From an uncultured Verrucomicrobiae bacterium (GTDB lineage: Bacteria > Verrucomicrobiota > Verrucomicrobiia > Chthoniobacterales > UBA10450), in NCBI GenBank assembly GCA_963772365.1, contig CAVYXA010000001.1, forward strand, positions 1,472,001 to 1,536,000: a stretch of 64,000 bases of DNA. Direction: 5' to 3'. Made by a program: the position numbers and the translations under genes. This document shows positions 58,515-64,000 of this stretch, piece after piece (the stretch's first letter is position 1; each line of letters opens with the position of its first letter). The notes beneath the pieces are model-generated. The model did no database searches and was not told the origin of the DNA. It saw only the letters and a list, made by a program, of their open reading frames with translations.

Positions 58515-61371
58515 TTTCTTTCGAGTAGCGGTTTGAGATAAATGCCGGTGTGGCTTTCGTTAATTTCCGCGATTTTTTCCGGAGAGCCCGCGGCGACAAT
58601 TTCCCCTCCCGCTTCTCCGCCTTCCGGACCGAGATCAATAATCCAGTCCGCGCATTTGATCATCTCGAGATTGTGTTCAATGACGATGAGCGTATTTCCC
58701 GACGAGCGGAGTTTCATTAGCACCTGAAGCAGCTTCTCGATATCGGCGAAATGCAATCCCGTAGTGGGTTCGTCCAGAATGTAGAGGGTTCGTCCGGTCG
58801 CCTTTTTCGCCAGCTCCGTGGCTAGCTTGACCCGTTGCGCCTCACCGCCAGAGAGCGTGGTTCCGGCCTGGCCGAGTTGGAGATAACCGAGGCCCACATC
58901 CAGCAGCGCATTCAGCTTGTCCGAGATGCTTGGCACGTTACGAAAGAAACGCGCTGCTTCGTCCACAGTGAGATTAAGCACATCGGCAATGTTTTTTCCC
59001 TTGTAGGTGATTTCGAGTGTCTCGCGATTGTATCGTTGGCCGTGGCATACTTCGCACTGCACATACACATCAGGCAAAAAATGCATCTCGATCTTGATCA
59101 TGCCCCCGCCTTCGCAATTTTCACATCGGCCACCTTTCACATTGAAACTGAACCGGCCGGAATCGTAACCGCGCACCCGGGCCGCAGGTAACTGCGAAAA
59201 CAACTCGCGAATCGGGGTGAATGCACCGGTGTAGGTAACTGGATTGGAACGGGGTGTTCGTCCAATCGCGCTTTGGTCGATCACAATTGCCTTGTCGATC
59301 TGCTCGACTCCCCGCAAAGCGCGATATGCACCGGGTTTTTCCTTCGAATTGTAAAAGCGGCGGAACAGCGCCCTGCGCAAAATGTCATCCACTAGTGTCG
59401 ATTTGCCGCTGCCGGAGACACCCGTTACGCAGCTGAAACAACCGAGTGGAAAAAAGATGTCGATGTTCTTCAAATTGTTCTCTGATGCGCCGGTCACGAT
59501 CAACCAGCCATCCGGCCGCGGCTTCACCCTTTGCTTGGGAACTGGAATTCGAACTCGTCCTGATAGGTAATCAGCCGTTAGCGAATTTTTTGCCCGGAGA
59601 ACTTGCTCAAGAGTTCCCTGGGCGACGATCTCCCCTCCCCGAGGCCCTGCGCCGGGGCCAAGATCGACAATGTAATCCGCTGCGCGGATGGTTTCCTCGT
59701 CGTGCTCGACTACGATCACAGAATTCCCAAGATCGCGCAGCCGTCGCAGCGTTCCAAGCAGACGTGAATTATCGCGCTGGTGCAGACCGATGCTGGGTTC
59801 ATCGAGAACATAAAGCACGCCAGCCAGACCTGAGCCGATCTGTGTCGCCAGGCGGATTCGTTGCGCTTCCCCGCCACTGAGGGTCCCGCTTTCGCGATCC
59901 AGCGTAAGATAACCAAGCCCGACCTCGACCAAAAACTGGAGCCGCGCCTGAATTTCATGAACTACGTCGGCAACAATCTGTTTCTGTTGCACCCTCAGGT
60001 GAAGATTCTCGATATACTCCAAAGCTGCCGCGGTTGTCAGTTCGCTGAACTGATGAATGTTCAATTCAAGTCCCGCGGCATTTTTGATCGTCACAGCGAG
60101 AATTTCCGGCTTGAGCCGCGCGCCATGACAGGTCTTGCAAGGGACGCGAGCCATGAAGGCGCGAATCCGATTCCGAGTAAATTCGCTTTGCGTTTGCTCG
60201 TAGAGCCGCTGCATCTGCGGCACAAGTCCTTCAAATGGGCGATGTTTTCCGCCATTTCCGCCGAGATTGATCGGAATAGGCGTTCCATTTGTGCCGAAGT
60301 AAAGCGCGTTTTGAACGCATCCGGCAGATCTGCGAACGGAACATCATCATCGACGTGGAAATGTTTTACCAGCGCGCCTTGCAATTGGCGGTAGTAGGCC
60401 CGCATTCGCTTCGTCCCACGCCGCCACGGGGTGATTGCGCCTTCAGCAATGGTTTTTGTGGGATCGGAAATCATAAGCTCGGGATCGACCACCAGCTGCG
60501 TCGCCAAGTCCATGACAAGCCGGACATGCGCCGAGATGGCTATTGAACGAAAAATGTTTCGGAGTTAGCTCGCCCAACGTGAAACCCGTCTCCACGTTGC
60601 CGTAATCGGTCGAGTAGCGCAATGCTCCTGACGCTCGCCTGAGGACTTTTCCGAACGCACAGCTAATTTATTCCGCTCCATTTCAATGCCGTCTCCACCG
60701 AATCAGTCAAGCCGCGTCCGAATTCCTTCGCGGACAACAAGGCGATCGACCACCGCCTCGATCGTGTGTGCGCTGATTTTTTTTCAGCCGAATCGGTTCC
60801 GGCCGATCCAGCTCCATAATTTCGCCATCGATGCGGGCTCGCACAAAGCCTTCCCGCTTGATTTTCTCGATCACATCCCGAAACTCGCCCCGCTGTCCCG
60901 GACAAGTGGCGCCAACAAGATGATCTTCGAGCCGGGCTCGAAGGCCAGAATTTGATCCACAATTTGCTGAGGCGTCTGCCGATAGATCGGTTGACCCGTG
61001 CTCGGATCGTGGGGCTGGCCGACTGCTGAAAAAAGCACTCGCAGATAATCGTAAACTTCCGTCGTGGTCGCGATTGTCGATCTTGGATTCGCGCCGGCGC
61101 TTCGCTGTTCGATCGCGATAGCTGGAGAAAGGCCTTCGATGAAATCCACGTCTGGTTTTTCCATTCGGTCGAGGAATTGCCGCGCGTAGGCGGAAAGACT
61201 TTCCACATATCGCCGTTGCCCTTCGGCATAAAGTGTGTCGAACGCGAGCGAGGATTTTCCGGAGCCACTCAGTCCGGTAATGACCACCAGCTTCTCCCGC
61301 GGTATTTCCAGGTGCAGGTTCTTTAGATTGTGCTGGCGCGCACCACTGATTTTGATAACTTGCGCAGGCAT
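58511..61371 (-). CDS. uvrA: Excinuclease ABC subunit A; several frameshifts between ~60220 and ~60900
   Basis: [53 protein letters not shown], second ATPase domain with [12 protein letters not shown]. Confidence 0.95.
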
Positions 61372-61437
61372 TCTGACGACAAATCTCGAACCTTTCAGTC
61401 AAGCACACCCGCCCGTTTCTCCAGCGAAAATTATACT

Positions 61438-61674
61438 ATGAATGAATCAGATTTTCAAATGACCGCGAAAGAATTTGACCAGTTGCGGAGAAAATTCAGC
61501 GAGATCAAGCACTCGATAAATAACGCTCTCGCCGTGATGATGGCTCTTTCGGAAATGTCGCAACGCCGACCTGATTATTCAGAGAAACTGGCCACCACCG
61601 TCTTGAGCAAGGCGCCTCAGATCGTTTCCAATTTGCAGGAGTTTACCCAGGCGCTAAATGAAAAAGCCGGCTGA
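61438..61674 (+). CDS. Small HisKA-like helical protein
   Basis: [19 protein letters not shown] resembles an isolated H-box dimerisation helix pair. Confidence 0.55.
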   Translation: MNESDFQMTAKEFDQLRRKFSEIKHSINNALAVMMALSEMSQRRPDYSEKLATTVLSKAPQIVSNLQEFTQALNEKAG

Positions 61675-61752
61675 ATCCAGCAGCTGGCAGACGGGGCCGC
61701 GTAAATTCCGCAGCTACGTCTCTTATCGAAATAAGGCCTATTCGTCTGTGTT

Positions 61753-62451
61753 ATGAACATTATGTCTGAGAAAAAGAATCCTGATCGTCGAAGATGAAAG
61801 CGATGTCCTCGATTTGCTTATTTGGCATTGCAAAAAGCCGGTGGCTTTGTCGTTTCTACCGCCAACGATGGCGTGACCGGCCTCAACAAGGCGAGGTCCG
61901 AAAAGCCCTCTTTCATCGTTCTGGATCTAATGCTGCCGAAGATGCCAGGCTTGGAGGTTTGCAAGATTCTGAAGGGCGACTCAGCGACACGTCATATTCC
62001 GATAATGATGCTAACCGCGAAGGCGGAGGAGATGGACCGGATCGTTGGTTTGGAATTCGGCGCGGATGATTACGTCACAAAGCCGTTCAGCCCCGTGAAG
62101 TGGCGCTGCGGATTCACGCTATCTTCCGCCGCGAGTGAGCCGAAACAGGCTGATGAACATCTTAGTGTGGGTCCAATCACAGTCGATCCTGTGCGACATG
62201 AAGTCTCGGTGAATGGCAAGGCGGATTAATCTCACGATGCTTGAATTTAAACTTTTGCGGACATTGATGGAACGACGCGGGCCGTGTTCAGGCTCGCGAT
62301 CGTCTCCTCAATGAGGTCTGGGGATACGAAACATTTGATCGACACTCGCACAGTGGACACGCATATTCGTCGACTCCGGAAGAAACTCGGGAAAGCCGCC
62401 AATGTGATCGAGAGCATGCGCGGATTCGGTTATCGGTTGCGCGAAAACTAG
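61753..62451 (+). CDS. phoB: PhoB-like OmpR-family response regulator (frameshifted)
   Basis: ILIVEDE, LDLMLPKMPGLEVC, LEFGADDYVTKPFSP, LTMLEFKLL, DTRTVDTHIRRLRKKLG, GFGYR, read across frames. Confidence 0.75.
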
Positions 62452-62538
62452 GGTGCGTGGTTGCTTCCGCGAAGCTTTGACCAGTCTCTTCTGAATTTGC
62501 CTTTTGCCGGCCATCCGATTGCGGAACAATAGAAGCCG

Positions 62539-63824
62539 ATGTCGTGGCTAGTTCTGGGGCTGGTTTGCTATTGTTTGCCGCCATTCTTTGGATCGGCTGG
62601 CGAAAATGGGTTTTGCCCTGGCGTCAAGTTCGCGAGCTCGCCGCACAGATCGCCCACGGCGAACGACCGCGCACTTTCTTGGTCGATGGCGGCACGGAGG
62701 CGAAGAGCGATCGGGCTCGATCTGGAAAACGTTTTTGCGCGGCAGGAGGAACTTGAGCGTTAGAGCGCTGGCCGTGAATCTGGCACCCAGGCAATTTTAC
62801 GCGCGATGCAGGATGGTCTGCTGGTGGTGGATCGCAGCCGACGTGTGATCGTTGGTGAATGAAGCTTTTCGCCAATTGTTCGATCTGAATCGGATGTTTC
62901 GTTAGGCGGGCCCTGCTGGGTAATGCCATTCGCGACGCCAATCTGGATCGGTTGATCGCGGAGACCTCGGCACCGGCAATGCGAAACAAAGTGAATTGTT
63001 CTGCCGGAGACAATGTAAAACCGGGAACGTCATATCGAGATCACGCGCCGTTCCCATCAACGGTGATGTCGATCTTGTCAGCGGCGCAGTGGTGTTGTTT
63101 CATGATATTACCGAACTCAAACGCGCCGACAGCATCCGGCGCGATTTTGTCGCCAATGTGTCGCACGAATTGCGCACGCCCTTATCGATCTTGGGCGGTT
63201 ACATCGAGACACTGCTTGATCAGCCCCAAACGTCGCCCGAAGAACTGGAGCGAATTCTCAAAGTGATGGAACGACATTCCCAGCGCCTTGGCTTTCTCGT
63301 TAACGATTTGCTTACGCTGGCCCAGTTGGAATCGGGCAATCCAAATCTCCGACGGGCCGAAGTCTCAATTGCTGACCTCTTCAAAAACGTAGTTCGCGAT
63401 TGGGAAAAAAAATTCGCTGACAAACGCTTGACCGCGGTTGTCGATATTCCGCGGGCGCCACTCGTGATTCAGAGCGGATGAAACACGGCTCGAGGAGGTG
63501 CTTCATAATTTATTGGATAACGCGGTCAAATATTCGCCCGAGAAAGGTGAGATTCGTATTGCGGCCGAGCGTCACGGCGACGAAATTGCCTTAAGCATCA
63601 GCGACAAGGGCCCTGGGATTGCGAAGGGCGATCTGCCACGAATCTTTGAAAGATTTTACCGAGCCGACAAAGCCCGCAGTCGCGAACTGGGCGGGACGGG
63701 TCTTGGATTGGCAATCGTGAAACACATCGCCCAATTGCATGCCGGACGCGTGGAAGCGCGCAGCGAGATCGGGAAAGGAACAACGATTCGTGTGATCCTC
63801 CCGGTTCACGCCGACGTAATCTAA
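62539..63824 (+). CDS. phoR: PhoR-like sensor histidine kinase (frameshifted)
   Basis: FHDITELKRADSIRRDFVANVSHELRTPL, NLLDNAVKYS, RIFERFYRADKARSRELGGTGLGL. Confidence 0.75.
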
Positions 63825-64000
63825 GATCCGGAGATTGAGCGCCGTAACGAACGCCCCGAGATGTGGCTTGGCCCGTAAATTGCTTGCCTGTCGGCGTCGC
63901 CCTCAGTAAACTCCACGTATGGCTGGCCAAGGAATGCAGCAATCGCAGAATCTATCTCTGCAGCAAGTCCTTGCCCCGCAACTTCAGCAAAGCCTTCTGA

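Noticed and set aside
82..63942. Numerous short ORFs antisense to or overlapping the assigned genes (e.g. 379-861, 35870-36652, 30032-30811)
   Set aside because: Shadow ORFs typical of GC-rich coding DNA, with no recognisable motifs.
63820..64000. Possible 3' end of a minus-strand gene
   Set aside because: No recognisable motif in any frame.

Overview
Bacterial chromosomal DNA, probably from a soil Verrucomicrobium (Chthoniobacterales / 'Ca. Udaeobacter'-like). This is inferred from the large GreA, a TIGR04073-type protein and dockerin-tail remnants. Many single-base frameshifts, dense towards the right end, look like long-read indel errors. From left to right the window holds: serA (partial); a potassium locus (APC-USP permease and kup, divergent from a short kdpD and kdpE, plus a remnant of a second permease); an ATP-grasp ligase / zinc-peptidase pair; a scar-rich patch with several toxin-antitoxin modules and REP elements; and an NtrC/kinase pair followed by a sigma-54 operon of HlyD, 2 ABC ATPases and 5 MacB/ADOP-type permeases. 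After these come an rlmD-like gene, a MASE1 kinase, terC and greA; an accessory island with an EVE-domain nuclease converging on a three-gene operon (small helical protein, HExxH metalloprotein, dCTP deaminase) preceded by tandem NrdR-like boxes; nrdJ with a duplicated 3' end; and thyA. The right end has two tandem sigma-54 type IV pilins flanked by two GT-C/TPR glycosyltransferase-like genes, then ilvC, a TPR protein, uvrA and phoBR-like genes. The best candidate for an undescribed system is the NrdR-boxed HExxH + dCTP deaminase operon with the EVE nuclease. The second is the pilin-glycosylation locus. No rRNA, tRNA or CRISPR array was recognised.
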